In this document: positions 46,702 to 56,168 of the stretch, piece after piece
Position numbering within the stretch: the stretch's first letter is position 1
Layout of the letters: each line of letters starts with the position of its first letter
Assembly (NCBI GenBank): GCA_041665485.1
Contig: JBAYIT010000003.1
Coordinates: 3,146-67,145, forward strand
DNA length: 64,000 nt
Direction: 5' to 3'
DNA from: Candidatus Shapirobacteria bacterium
Lineage (GTDB): Bacteria; Patescibacteriota; Microgenomatia; UBA12405
Program-made: the position numbers and the translations under genes
Notes under the pieces: generated by a model
Told to the model about the DNA's origin: nothing
What the model saw: the letters and a program-made list of their open reading frames with translations, nothing else
Databases searched by the model: none

Positions 46702-47263
46702 ATCCTTATTCATTTCGGTCACTCGCCAGAAACTTCTTGGTGTCTTTTTTAGTCAGCCAAGAGAAATATTCTATGTCCGTCAATTAGTTCGCTTAGTTGA
46801 TGAAGAAATCAATTCTGTCCGTCGGGAGCTAAAGAATCTCCTTTCTGGATCAATCATTACTTCTGAAGTTCGGGGTAATCGTGTTTATTATGGCGCCAAT
46901 CCTAAATCTTGGCTCTTTACTGATCTTCTTACACTGACGGCCAAAGTTTCCAATTTAGCTACTGACATTAAATCGAATCAGCCAAAAATAGGTAAAGTTG
47001 AAGTTATGGTTTATAGTTTTTCTTATCTTTGTGGCGAATCATCCTCAAACGGTATAGACATTGTTATTGTCGGAGAAATTTCTCTTAAAGCACTTGAAGT
47101 TATGGTCAAGAAAGAAGAAACTCGCCTCGGTCGTGAGGTTGATTACATGGTCATGGATCGCTCTGAGTTTCGTCTTCGTCGTCAAAAACGTGATCCGGTT
47201 ATCGTTGACCTTTTTCTTAATTCACCCTCCATTATTATTGGTTGTCCTTCCGACATTTATTAA
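46679..47263 (+). CDS. hypothetical protein, wHTH-like N-terminus + possible nucleotidyltransferase-like C-terminus
   Basis: 194 aa. 'VRQLVRLVDEEINSVRRELKNL' is winged-helix-like. 'GESSSNGIDIVIVGE' is weakly MNT-like. Confidence 0.3.
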   Translation: MRPSHSLKSLFISVTRQKLLGVFFSQPREIFYVRQLVRLVDEEINSVRRELKNLLSGSIITSEVRGNRVYYGANPKSWLFTDLLTLTAKVSNLATDIKSNQPKIGKVEVMVYSFSYLCGESSSNGIDIVIVGEISLKALEVMVKKEETRLGREVDYMVMDRSEFRLRRQKRDPVIVDLFLNSPSIIIGCPSDIY

Positions 47264-47266
47264 CCA

Positions 47267-47452
47267 ATGTCCATTCTTACCCGTAAAGTCATCAAAACCG
47301 GCAACAGTTTCGCCCTGACTGTTCCCTCAAAATCAATCAAAGATTTCGATGTCAAAGAAGGGGATGTTGTTCAAGTTAAAATCAACCGCTCTCGTGGTAC
47401 CATAACATACTATTTTTCAGGTCATCCCAAACAACTTTCTTTCCACTTATGA
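47267..47452 (+). CDS. AbrB/MazE/SpoVT-family swapped-hairpin DNA-binding protein
   Basis: 61 aa. 'RKVIKTGNSFALTVPSKSIKDFDVKEGDVVQVKI'. Confidence 0.6.
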   Translation: MSILTRKVIKTGNSFALTVPSKSIKDFDVKEGDVVQVKINRSRGTITYYFSGHPKQLSFHL

Positions 47453-48783
47453 AACCAACCGCTGTCAGAATATTTTGGACCATAATCTTAACTACTTTCA
47501 TCTGTCTTATCATCAACCTCCCTCCCCAAATCTCTCTCGGCTCTAAGACTTTATATCGCCCTAACTTTAATTTTAAATTTGGCCAAATCGATTTTAAACC
47601 TAATCTCGATCTGAGGCTTGGTCTTGACCTCTCTGGTGGGGCCTCCTTAATCTATAGTGTCGATACCTCCAAGGTTAAGCCGGAAGCGGTCGCTACCGCC
47701 CTAGAGTCGCTTAAGGGCAATATTGAGCGCCGGGTCAATCTTTTTGGTGTCAGTGAGGCCAATGTTCAACTTAGTCGGGAAAATAATCAAAATCGTCTCA
47801 AAATTGAATTACCGGGTGTTGAAAATGTTAATCAGGCCATTGAGCTTATTGGTCAAACCGCCCAATTAAGTTTCAAAGGCCTCGTCGATATTCCTCCCGA
47901 GGCCACCGCCACGGCCACTCTTGATGACTACCTTAAAGACGTTGGCATCAACGGTTCCCACCTTGTTTCCGCCAAAGCCGTCATCAGCCCCAACGACGGC
48001 AAACCCGAAGTTGCCATTGAGTTTAACGGCGAAGGCACCAAGCTTTTTGCTGCCGCCACCAAAGAATATCTCAACAAACCGATTCTCATCTTTCTTGATG
48101 ATTACATTGTCACTCGCCCGGTTGTCCAGTCGGTTATTACCGACGGCCAGGCCGTTATCAACGGCTCTTTTGATCAAAATTCAGCCAAAACCTTAGCCAT
48201 CCAATTAAATGCCGGCGCCCTGCCTCTCCCCATTTCTCTCATCCAGCAAACTCAAATTGGCGCCACCTTAGGCAAAGACACCATCACCAAAGGGGTCACC
48301 GCTGGCCTTATTGGCCTCGTTCTCGTCGCCTTCTTTATGATCGGAAATTATGGTCGCCTCGGCCTTATTTCCGTTTTTGGCCTGATTATTTACGGCCTCA
48401 TCATCCTCACTCTTTATCGTCTCATTCCAATCACCCTTACTTTTCCCGGAATTGTCGGTTTTATCCTTTCTGTTGGCATGGCCGTCGACAGCAATATTCT
48501 CATTTTTGCCCGGATGAAAGAGGAGCTTCTTGATGGCAAACCCTGGAATCAAGCCATGGAGCTCGGTTTTGGTCGCGCCTGGGACTCTATCAAAGACGCC
48601 AACACCTGCACCATCATCACCGGCCTAATTCTCTTTAATCCCCTCAATTGGCCATTTTTAAACACCTCCGGCATGGTCCGTGGCTTCGCCGTCACCCTCC
48701 TTTTGGGCATAATTATTGGCATCTTTACCGGCGTTTTCGTTACTCGCAATCTCCTCCGCGTCCTCGCCAAAAACAAAACTTAA
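47449..48783 (+). CDS. secD: protein translocase subunit SecD
   Basis: 444 aa with 'LGLDLSGGASLIY' and a C-terminal 6-TM bundle. Confidence 0.88.
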   Translation: MKPTAVRIFWTIILTTFICLIINLPPQISLGSKTLYRPNFNFKFGQIDFKPNLDLRLGLDLSGGASLIYSVDTSKVKPEAVATALESLKGNIERRVNLFGVSEANVQLSRENNQNRLKIELPGVENVNQAIELIGQTAQLSFKGLVDIPPEATATATLDDYLKDVGINGSHLVSAKAVISPNDGKPEVAIEFNGEGTKLFAAATKEYLNKPILIFLDDYIVTRPVVQSVITDGQAVINGSFDQNSAKTLAIQLNAGALPLPISLIQQTQIGATLGKDTITKGVTAGLIGLVLVAFFMIGNYGRLGLISVFGLIIYGLIILTLYRLIPITLTFPGIVGFILSVGMAVDSNILIFARMKEELLDGKPWNQAMELGFGRAWDSIKDANTCTIITGLILFNPLNWPFLNTSGMVRGFAVTLLLGIIIGIFTGVFVTRNLLRVLAKNKT

Positions 48784-48864
48784 TTTTAACTTGACAAACT
48801 TTATAACTTTACAAACTTTATGAACTTTATAACTTTCAAACTTTTTGGACTTTCAAACTAAACT
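48784..48864. repeat. AACTTTATA-type repeats in the secD-secF spacer
   Basis: attttaacttgacaaactttataactttacaaactttatgaactttataactttcaaactttttggactttcaaact. Confidence 0.6.
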
Positions 48865-49722
48865 ATGAACATCATGCGTTTTCGCCCTATTTTTCTCATT
48901 CTTTCTTTGTCGATGCTAATTATTTCCGCCTATTCCATCATTCGTTGGGGCTTCAAAAAATCGATCGATTTTGCCGGTGGTTCGGTTTGGGAGTTGGAGT
49001 TTTCTGCTCCCGCTCAAAGCTCCTTTTTCGACAAAGCCTTTACCGATAATAAAATCGAAATTAAAAACATGACTTTTTCCGATAAATTAGCCACTCTAAA
49101 ATTTAACAACATCACCCAAGATCAAAAATTGAAGCTTGCCACCGACATCAAAGCCATTACTCCCGATTTCAAAGAGCTTCGTTTTGAAACCTTGGGGCCA
49201 AGCCTCGGACGTGAACTTTTAATAAAAACTCTTTATGCCATCATTCTTTCTTCGATTGCTCTTTTTATTTTTATCGGCTCCCGCTTTAAAGACCCAAGTT
49301 TCGGTCTATCCGCCGTTTTAGCCATGTTCCACGACACTTTTATTCTTATTGGTAGTTTTTCTTTGTTGGGTCACTTCGTTGGCGCCGAGCTTGATGCCCT
49401 CTTTGTCACCGCCCTCCTCACCACTCTTTCTGCCTCCGTCCACGACACTGTCGTCACTTTCAACCGCATCAACGAGCTAAAAATAAAAAATTATCAATCC
49501 GACTGGGTCAATCTCGCCAACCGGGCTGTCACCGAAACCATTGTCCGTTCCCTTAACAACTCGTTAACTATCATCATTATGTTAACTTCTCTGGTTATTC
49601 TGGGAGGTTCCGTCACTCGCTGGTTTGCCCTTGCCCTTCTTATTGGCGTTGTTTGTGGCACTTATTCCTCCACCGGCGTCGCCATCCCCCTCGTCCTCCT
49701 CGCCAAACGCAAGAAAAAATAA
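48865..49722 (+). CDS. secF: protein translocase subunit SecF
   Basis: 285 aa with 'IDFAGGSVWELEF'. Confidence 0.88.
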   Translation: MNIMRFRPIFLILSLSMLIISAYSIIRWGFKKSIDFAGGSVWELEFSAPAQSSFFDKAFTDNKIEIKNMTFSDKLATLKFNNITQDQKLKLATDIKAITPDFKELRFETLGPSLGRELLIKTLYAIILSSIALFIFIGSRFKDPSFGLSAVLAMFHDTFILIGSFSLLGHFVGAELDALFVTALLTTLSASVHDTVVTFNRINELKIKNYQSDWVNLANRAVTETIVRSLNNSLTIIIMLTSLVILGGSVTRWFALALLIGVVCGTYSSTGVAIPLVLLAKRKKK

Positions 49723-49761
49723 TTCTTTTTATCCAGGATCTAGGATCCAACATCTAAGATC

Positions 49762-50547
49762 TTACTTAATTCCCCTCACCACCAAATGCTGTCTATACCC
49801 CTCCGGCCACAATCGCCCCACCGTTTTATTTAACCAATTGGAAATTTTAAACGTCAAATTATTAAACGAGGTATACCCGGGGTCATAATTTACTTTTACT
49901 TCTATGTCTTTAAATCCGGCTTTTTTAAGTAATCGAGTCATTTCTTTCACTGTGTTAGCCCGATAATATGTTGGAAAAATATCCTCATCTCTTCTCCCGT
50001 AAAGTAACTGAACAAAAAAGTTGCTTTGTCCCTGCCTCATTAACTTTTTAATCAACAGAAGCCAGCAATTAGCGTTAGGTGTCGCCATCAAAAATATTCC
50101 TCCCAGTTTTAGTATTCGAAAAATTTCTTTAAACACTTTTTCTGGATTTTCCAAGTGTTCCGCCACCCAGAGCGATGTCGCCACATCAAATGACTCACTT
50201 GGGTAATCAATTTTTTCTAAATTTCCAAATTTAATTTCATCCAAACAAATATTTTTAGCCGTACTTGCCTTATCGGCATCCATCCCGCCAGCAAATTTTA
50301 TTATTTTTTTGTACTCGTCAATTATGTAATTTCCGTTGCCACAACCAGCGTCAAACACTCTTAAATCTCGCTGTTTTTCTGCATACTCGCCAAATTTTTT
50401 TGTCAGAAAAATCGTCGTGTTGTCCCACGAGGGCTCTATTAATTTATATTGGCAGTTATACTCAAATTGTCGCTCCTCCTTTGCTCCCAATTTGGTATAG
50501 CGGTTGATATACCCCTTCTTAATTACTTTTGACTTTGGCATTTTCAA
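49762..50547 (-). CDS. class I SAM-dependent methyltransferase
   Basis: 261 aa with motif I 'VFDAGCGNGNY'. Confidence 0.7.
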   Translation of the reverse strand: MKMPKSKVIKKGYINRYTKLGAKEERQFEYNCQYKLIEPSWDNTTIFLTKKFGEYAEKQRDLRVFDAGCGNGNYIIDEYKKIIKFAGGMDADKASTAKNICLDEIKFGNLEKIDYPSESFDVATSLWVAEHLENPEKVFKEIFRILKLGGIFLMATPNANCWLLLIKKLMRQGQSNFFVQLLYGRRDEDIFPTYYRANTVKEMTRLLKKAGFKDIEVKVNYDPGYTSFNNLTFKISNWLNKTVGRLWPEGYRQHLVVRGIK

Positions 50548-51871
50548 GCATCATCTCAATTAACTTTTCCCGCTCATTTAATTCCGGATTTTCCTCAACT
50601 TGAGCAAATAATTCATCCAAAATATCGCCCACTTTTTTACTTGGCTTAATGTTTAAAATCTCCATCACATCGTGGCCATCAATCTTTAGGTCCTTCACCG
50701 TAAACGGCTGTTTTTGCACCTCCACCAATCTCTCTTTAAATTTTTCCCATCGCCAGCTGGTTTCTTTTGCTCCACTTCCTAGTCGGTCGCCACGCCTTAG
50801 AGCAATCATTTCGTCGAGATACTTTACTGTCACATTTCGAATAAACCGTCGCACCGCCTTATCGGTTTGCATCTCCGTCACCGTAAACATATGCCATCTG
50901 GTCAATCGAAAAAGTTGGTCTAATTGTTCGTTGGAAAATTTAAGCCTTTTGCCAATTCGAGTAGCGATTCGTGATCCAACCACTTCGTGATTATGAAACG
51001 TCCTCTCTCCATTAATCACTTTCATTACTACCGGCTTACCCACATCATGGAGTACTGCCGCCAATCGAGTTATTGGATCAAGGCTACAGGTGTGCTTCAG
51101 TGCCTCAATTGAATGTGTCCAGACATCATAAATGTGGTGGCCTTTTTGTTCCATTCCCACTCCCTCCAAAAGTTCTGGCATAATTTCTGCCAACAACCCC
51201 GAATTTTTCAACAATTTCATTCCATCACTTGCCCCTTTTTCCATTAATGTTTTAAACAGTTCCTCCCTGATTCTTTCTCCGGCAATTTTATTAATCGTTT
51301 TGGCATTTTTTTGAATCGACTCAAACGTTTTTTCTTCAATCAAAAAGCCAATTTGGGTGGCAATTCTAATTGCTCTCAACATCCTCAAAGCGTCCTCTCC
51401 AAATCTCTCATCCGGATTCCCCACCGTTCTAATCAATCTATTTTTTAAATCCTCCTTCCCCCCAAACAAATCAATAATTCTAGATTCGTTAATTCGTAGA
51501 TTCGTAGATTCTGCGCGAAGCGCAAGCGCATTAATCGTAAAATCCCTTCGGGAAAGATCTTCTTCGACTGTTTTTCCCCAAGCCACCGTGTCCGGGTGCC
51601 TTTTGTCGCTGTAGCCTTTTTCAGTCCGATAAGTTGTCACCTCAAAAATGTCCTCGCCCATCACAATCCCCACCGTCCCAAAATCGTTATTATAAAAACT
51701 GTTTTTTGGAAAAAGCTTTTTCATCTCCTCTGGTGTTAAATTAGTCGTAAAGTCCCAGTCTTTCACCTCTCGCCCCAGTTCCATATCCCGCACCGCCCCT
51801 CCCACAATATATATATCCGCCCCACTCTCCTCAAATTTTCTCATTAACTTCAAAACCTTTTCCGGAATCAT
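50519..51871 (-). CDS. cca: CCA tRNA nucleotidyltransferase with HD domain
   Basis: 450 aa with 'YIVGGAVRDMELG' and 'RRDFTINALA' motifs, and 'LHDVGK' HD. It carries an in-frame copy of the TTCGTAGATTCGTAG repeat at about 51478-51535, coding ...ALRAESTNLRINESR... Confidence 0.85.
   Translation of the reverse strand: MIPEKVLKLMRKFEESGADIYIVGGAVRDMELGREVKDWDFTTNLTPEEMKKLFPKNSFYNNDFGTVGIVMGEDIFEVTTYRTEKGYSDKRHPDTVAWGKTVEEDLSRRDFTINALALRAESTNLRINESRIIDLFGGKEDLKNRLIRTVGNPDERFGEDALRMLRAIRIATQIGFLIEEKTFESIQKNAKTINKIAGERIREELFKTLMEKGASDGMKLLKNSGLLAEIMPELLEGVGMEQKGHHIYDVWTHSIEALKHTCSLDPITRLAAVLHDVGKPVVMKVINGERTFHNHEVVGSRIATRIGKRLKFSNEQLDQLFRLTRWHMFTVTEMQTDKAVRRFIRNVTVKYLDEMIALRRGDRLGSGAKETSWRWEKFKERLVEVQKQPFTVKDLKIDGHDVMEILNIKPSKKVGDILDELFAQVEENPELNEREKLIEMMLENAKVKSN
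51478..51535. repeat. TTCGTAGATTCGTAG-family repeat + GCGCGAAGCGCAAGCGC, embedded in-frame in cca
   Basis: ttctagattcgttaattcgtagattcgtagattctgcgcgaagcgcaagcgc. Other copies lie at 3321-3352 and 60364-60393, both intergenic. Confidence 0.65.
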
Positions 51872-51991
51872 CTCCCTATTTTACCCCATCTACGTCAATT
51901 GCGCCGCGCCCGCCCACTGGCGGGAGGAACGAAGCGACGAAGCAATCTCGTTGGAATTACTGCCAAATAGCCGTATAACGTATAATTAGTT

Positions 51992-52612
51992 ATGAAAGCG
52001 AGTGTTTATAAATCAAAATCTGTCGTCCCCAAAGACACCCGTTATGTCCCCTTAACCCAACAAAAGTGGTGCTGTGTTCCAACATGTATTCAAATGGTTA
52101 TGCTACGGCACAAAATCCCATTGGTTCCGGCAGAGCAAATTGGATACGAGATGGGGCTAGTTGTTCCTACCAATGCCAGCAAATATTTTTGGAATGTTCG
52201 AGTTGGTTCCAAACCCCCTGCCGGTTATGGCACTCAAGTCGGAAAGCCAAAATATGGCCCCAATGCCGTTTTTAAAAGACTAAAAATACCTTTTAAAATG
52301 ACTTGGTCGCTAATCAATAAATTCAAATCAATCGACGATTTTCGTAAATATTTGTCTTTAGTTGAAGTGAGTAGTAAAGATGTTTTAATTTGCTACGACT
52401 GGCCAACGCTTTTCGGCCCCAAAGAAAAAGAACATTGGGGCCATGTTTGTCTTTTAGATAAGGTATTTTTGAAAACAGACACTGTCCAAATTGTCGATCC
52501 GGCTCCCGACGCTCCAAAATGGCGAATAATCCCTATTGTCAAATTACACCAAGCCATGCTTTTCCACGGCCACAAAAATGGTGGTGGTTTTTGGGAGATT
52601 AGTTTAATTTGA
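51992..52612 (+). CDS. papain-like cysteine peptidase (C39-like/BtrH-like) hypothetical
   Basis: 206 aa. 'QQKWCCVPTCIQMVMLRH' (Q...C) and a later 'HWGHVCLLD' give a putative Cys-His dyad. Confidence 0.35.
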   Translation: MKASVYKSKSVVPKDTRYVPLTQQKWCCVPTCIQMVMLRHKIPLVPAEQIGYEMGLVVPTNASKYFWNVRVGSKPPAGYGTQVGKPKYGPNAVFKRLKIPFKMTWSLINKFKSIDDFRKYLSLVEVSSKDVLICYDWPTLFGPKEKEHWGHVCLLDKVFLKTDTVQIVDPAPDAPKWRIIPIVKLHQAMLFHGHKNGGGFWEISLI

Positions 52613-53048
52613 TAACCACCATCACCACCAACGAAACAATTCCAATTTCAATCAAGCTAATCAATAATCCGTAACACATAGAATATATTAAGTTGCCTTT
52701 ACAATCATTGATTGCCTTTTTAGATATTAAAAGTTCAAGTATTTTTTGAAAAAAATCACTTATCATTCCTGCTCCTGCCGTATACCCGCCACCCAGCCGA
52801 TTTGTCTTTTTAACAAAATTCTCTCCGCGATAAAGGGATATACAATAACCTATTGTTAATATCAGCCCGGGTCCTAAAGCAAAAATCACTGGTAGCCAAA
52901 GTATATTTATCCCTGTTTCCAACTTCAATACATCTGTCAACAATAAATCTGCCAACTGAACCGAAAAAATTATCAACAATAAAAAGCCCACATAAAACAT
53001 CACTGTTTTCATAAACTCCTTTATTATAACCCCCCACCTCCAAAACAA
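52599..53048 (-). CDS. hypothetical membrane protein (149 aa)
   Basis: Four predicted TM helices. No family recognised. Confidence 0.4.
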   Translation of the reverse strand: MFWRWGVIIKEFMKTVMFYVGFLLLIIFSVQLADLLLTDVLKLETGINILWLPVIFALGPGLILTIGYCISLYRGENFVKKTNRLGGGYTAGAGMISDFFQKILELLISKKAINDCKGNLIYSMCYGLLISLIEIGIVSLVVMVVIKLN

Positions 53049-53086
53049 GTCTCCCTTGTTAAAGGGAGATTTAGAGGGATTGAACT

Positions 53087-53124
53087 CATCCCAAAAACCC
53101 CTCCAATTTTCATCAGAGGGGTTT
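53087..53124 (-). terminator. intrinsic terminator downstream of RRM-protein gene
   Basis: AAAACCCCTC-(12 nt)-GAGGGGTTTT with flanking T/A runs. A second hairpin TCTCCCTT-gtta-AAGGGAGA lies at 53059-53078. Confidence 0.55.
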
Positions 53125-53142
53125 TTAAGCTTTAAAACTTTT

Positions 53143-53535
53143 TTAAGCTTGAGGTGCTTCGGTTGATTCCGTGGTTTCCTCTGCCACTGGGGCTTCGGTC
53201 ACTGGAATTTCTTCAGCCACCGGCTCCGCAGGTTCTGCCACTGGAGCTGCTTGAGGTGCTGGCGCTGATGCCGGTGCATTTCTGTCCGGTCGGGGCAACG
53301 CTTCTTTAACGGCAATGTTTCTGCCTTGCTGTTCGCTTCCGTCAAGGGCCTGCATTGCTGCTACTGCCGCTTCGTCGGTTTCAAATTCCACAAAACCAAA
53401 ACCTTTGCTTCTTTGGCTGTATTTGTCAATAACTATATTGGCCGAGACGACTGTTCCAAAAGCCGCAAAGAGCTGTTGAAATTGGTCATCGGTCATGGAG
53501 AAGGGTAAATTCCCTACGAATAATTTTTTTGCCAT
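53143..53535 (-). CDS. RRM-domain RNA-binding protein
   Basis: 130 aa with RNP-2 'LFVGNL' and RNP-1 'KGFGFVEF', plus a Pro/Ala/Glu-rich tail. Confidence 0.8.
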   Translation of the reverse strand: MAKKLFVGNLPFSMTDDQFQQLFAAFGTVVSANIVIDKYSQRSKGFGFVEFETDEAAVAAMQALDGSEQQGRNIAVKEALPRPDRNAPASAPAPQAAPVAEPAEPVAEEIPVTEAPVAEETTESTEAPQA

Positions 53536-53590
53536 GTGTCTTCTTTTGAAGAACTCCTTTTAACCTTACTAAAATAAACTGACTAAAGCT

Positions 53591-55180
53591 TTGGCTAAAT
53601 CCGCTTTAATCAGAAAAAGTATAGCATATAATCAACCTATGTTTATCATCGACGCTAGCACCACCCCCGAAAATCTCAAAACTCACCTCCTCTCCACCCG
53701 CCCTCTTGTCCTCAAACCGGATTTTCCACCAACTCCTATTTCAGTTACCTCTGCTGTCAAACTTATAAAAACTACCATTAAAAAACAGCAAAATATCCTA
53801 ATTTACGGTGATTACGACGTCGACGGTGTTTGTTCCGCCACTCTTTTGTGGCAGGCAATTTATCCCCAAAATCGAAACACCCTTCCCTTTGTCCCCGACC
53901 GTCATCTCGACGGCTATGGCTTTAATTTCAACTCCTATAAGCGTTTTATTGCCGAAAAAAATTTCACCCCCGATTTAGTCATTACTGTCGACAACGGTAT
54001 TGTCGCCACCAAAGAAATTAGAAAACTCAAAAAAACCGGTCTCAAGATTATTATTGTCGACCATCATCTTCCTTCGCCTGATTTACCCCAAGTCAACGCC
54101 ATTGTTCACTCTCCCGAAGTTTGCGCCACCGCCCTGGCTTGGTTTATTGCTAAAGAAATCGATCCCAATTCTGATTTGGGGCTAGTTGCCCTGGCCACTG
54201 TTGCCGATTGTCTTCCCTTAACCGGCGTCAATCGCGCCCTAGTTGTCCATGGCCTCAAAATTTTGAAGCTCAACCCCTCGCCTGGCATTAGGCAATTGGC
54301 CAAGTCGGCTGGTGTCAATTTAGCCACTCTTTCCGCCTATGACTTGGGCTTTATTTTAGCTCCCCGCATCAACGCTGTCGGTCGTCTTACTAACCCCACC
54401 GATGCCCTCCGCCTTCTTTGTAGTCAAAGTCTACCTCAAGCCGGCAAATATACCGAGGTTTTAAATCAGCAAAATCAGGATCGTCAAGTTCTTCAAAAAG
54501 AAAGTTTTGAGCTGGCCAAAACTCTTATCAAGTCAAAAAACAAACTGATATTTATCTCCGAGCCTTCTTTTCATCAGGGAATTATTGGCCTTATTGCTGG
54601 TCGTCTCACCGAAAAATATTATCTCCCTTCAATTGTTGTTAGTCCCGATGGTGATACCGCCAAAGGCTCCTGTCGTTCCATCCCCGAGTTAAATATTATC
54701 GACGCTCTTCGCCAATTTAGTGACTTGTTTGTTGATCTCGGTGGCCATGCCCAAGCCGCCGGTTTTACTATTACTACTGCCAACATCCCAAAGCTCGAAA
54801 AGAAATTAGTCGCCCTAGTTAATAAAACTTTAAAAGATCTGGTCAAGCCGGCCACCTCTGTCGACGCCCAAATGCTTCCTTCTGGCGCCACTTTGGCCAA
54901 TTGCAAAATTATCAAAGAGTTTGAACCCTTCGGTATTGGCAACCCCGAGCCACTTTTTCTTTTTAAAGATTTGGAAATTAAAAGTATACGGGTTTTAGGC
55001 CAAACCGGCGATCATCTTAAACTAAAGTTTGACACCGGTCTCGACGCCATCGGCTTCAAGCAGGGGAGTCTGGCTACTAAATTAAAGGTTGGTGACGCCA
55101 TTACTTTTATCGCCTCCCTCTCAAGCAACACCTGGAATTCCCTCACCACCCCCCAATTGATAATTAAAGAGATTATTTAA
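53591..55180 (+). CDS. recJ: single-stranded-DNA-specific exonuclease RecJ
   Basis: 529 aa. DHH 'IYGDYDVDGVCSAT' and 'VDHH', plus DHHA1 'GGHAQAAGF'. Confidence 0.85.
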   Translation: MAKSALIRKSIAYNQPMFIIDASTTPENLKTHLLSTRPLVLKPDFPPTPISVTSAVKLIKTTIKKQQNILIYGDYDVDGVCSATLLWQAIYPQNRNTLPFVPDRHLDGYGFNFNSYKRFIAEKNFTPDLVITVDNGIVATKEIRKLKKTGLKIIIVDHHLPSPDLPQVNAIVHSPEVCATALAWFIAKEIDPNSDLGLVALATVADCLPLTGVNRALVVHGLKILKLNPSPGIRQLAKSAGVNLATLSAYDLGFILAPRINAVGRLTNPTDALRLLCSQSLPQAGKYTEVLNQQNQDRQVLQKESFELAKTLIKSKNKLIFISEPSFHQGIIGLIAGRLTEKYYLPSIVVSPDGDTAKGSCRSIPELNIIDALRQFSDLFVDLGGHAQAAGFTITTANIPKLEKKLVALVNKTLKDLVKPATSVDAQMLPSGATLANCKIIKEFEPFGIGNPEPLFLFKDLEIKSIRVLGQTGDHLKLKFDTGLDAIGFKQGSLATKLKVGDAITFIASLSSNTWNSLTTPQLIIKEII

Positions 55181-55230
55181 TTTTTTCACTCTTGATTTTT
55201 TCCCTTTCTTTCTGTTATTATCGCCCTCGT

Positions 55231-55446
55231 ATGTTAGATATTTTAAAGCCATTGCCAGAACCATTGTCTATCTACAAGCGCAACAATGGCCACCTTACAG
55301 TCAGACACGATTTTGGTGGTAATGGGACTGTATCTGCCCGTTACGAAGTTATTGGTGATGAGCCAGATCAAATTGTTGTTCGGGGAACCGGTGGTTGTCA
55401 AATAGTGATCTCTCGTTGCCTAATTCAATCGTCGTCTTCTTCTTAA
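55231..55446 (+). CDS. hypothetical protein (71 aa)
   Basis: Internal ATG of ORF 55192..55446. Ser-rich C-terminus. No homology recognised. Confidence 0.3.
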   Translation: MLDILKPLPEPLSIYKRNNGHLTVRHDFGGNGTVSARYEVIGDEPDQIVVRGTGGCQIVISRCLIQSSSSS

Positions 55447-55448
55447 TT

Positions 55449-55490
55449 CTTATCTCTTATCTCTTATCTCTTATCTCTTATCTCTTATTT
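55449..55490. repeat. (TCTCTTA)x6 heptamer tandem repeat
   Basis: tctcttatctcttatctcttatctcttatctcttatctctta. Confidence 0.8.
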
Positions 55491-55663
55491 ATCCGTCCTA
55501 TTTGTCCTCTCTGTCTTATTACGATTTAGTACATTTCTCCTCATTTTCCTATTTTTTTAAATTACAATTACCCCCTCCTTTCTTCAAAGGAGGGGAACAG
55601 GGGTAGATTTAGACAAGGGAAGGGTTTGATTTAAAAGAGATACTTTGATACAATAGCCACAAC

Positions 55664-55975
55664 ATGGAAATATTTGTTAAAGGTAATGTTGGTGGACCTA
55701 GTATTCTCATGGAGACGTATTGTCATGGTCCAGCAAGGGAGTTAGGTTATTCAGATAAAGAAACACCTTGGCGACTTAGTCATCTTTCTATTACAGGAGG
55801 TGTTGGTAAACTCAATTTTGATAACATAGAGTTGTATGCTTGCACAAGATATGAAGATGGTAGATGTGGTGCTGATTCTCAAAAAAGACCTTGTCGTCAA
55901 GCTTGGGTCATAAATTCTCCGCCGGAGTTACGTACAATTGCACTTAATGAGTCCGGGACAGTGACTCTTGACTAA
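55664..55975 (+). CDS. hypothetical Cys-containing protein (103 aa) with atypical codon usage
   Basis: Own promoter-like TTGATT-17-TACAAT (55626-55654). Uses AGA/AGG/GGA codons that are rare in the core genes. Four Cys. Confidence 0.4.
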   Translation: MEIFVKGNVGGPSILMETYCHGPARELGYSDKETPWRLSHLSITGGVGKLNFDNIELYACTRYEDGRCGADSQKRPCRQAWVINSPPELRTIALNESGTVTLD

Positions 55976-56168
55976 GGAATAATTTATCACACCCAAAACA
56001 CAAAAGTTCTGTTATATAATCATTTCATAAGCGCTAATACCTGCCAACACCAGGGAGCTTCGGGAAGAAAAGCTAATCACTTATTAGACCCCGACGGAAA
56101 AGCCACCGTAAAATTGCTTGCCGTGTGTCGTGAAGACGGAGCACGTTTAATTTTTCCTTCGTCATTCA

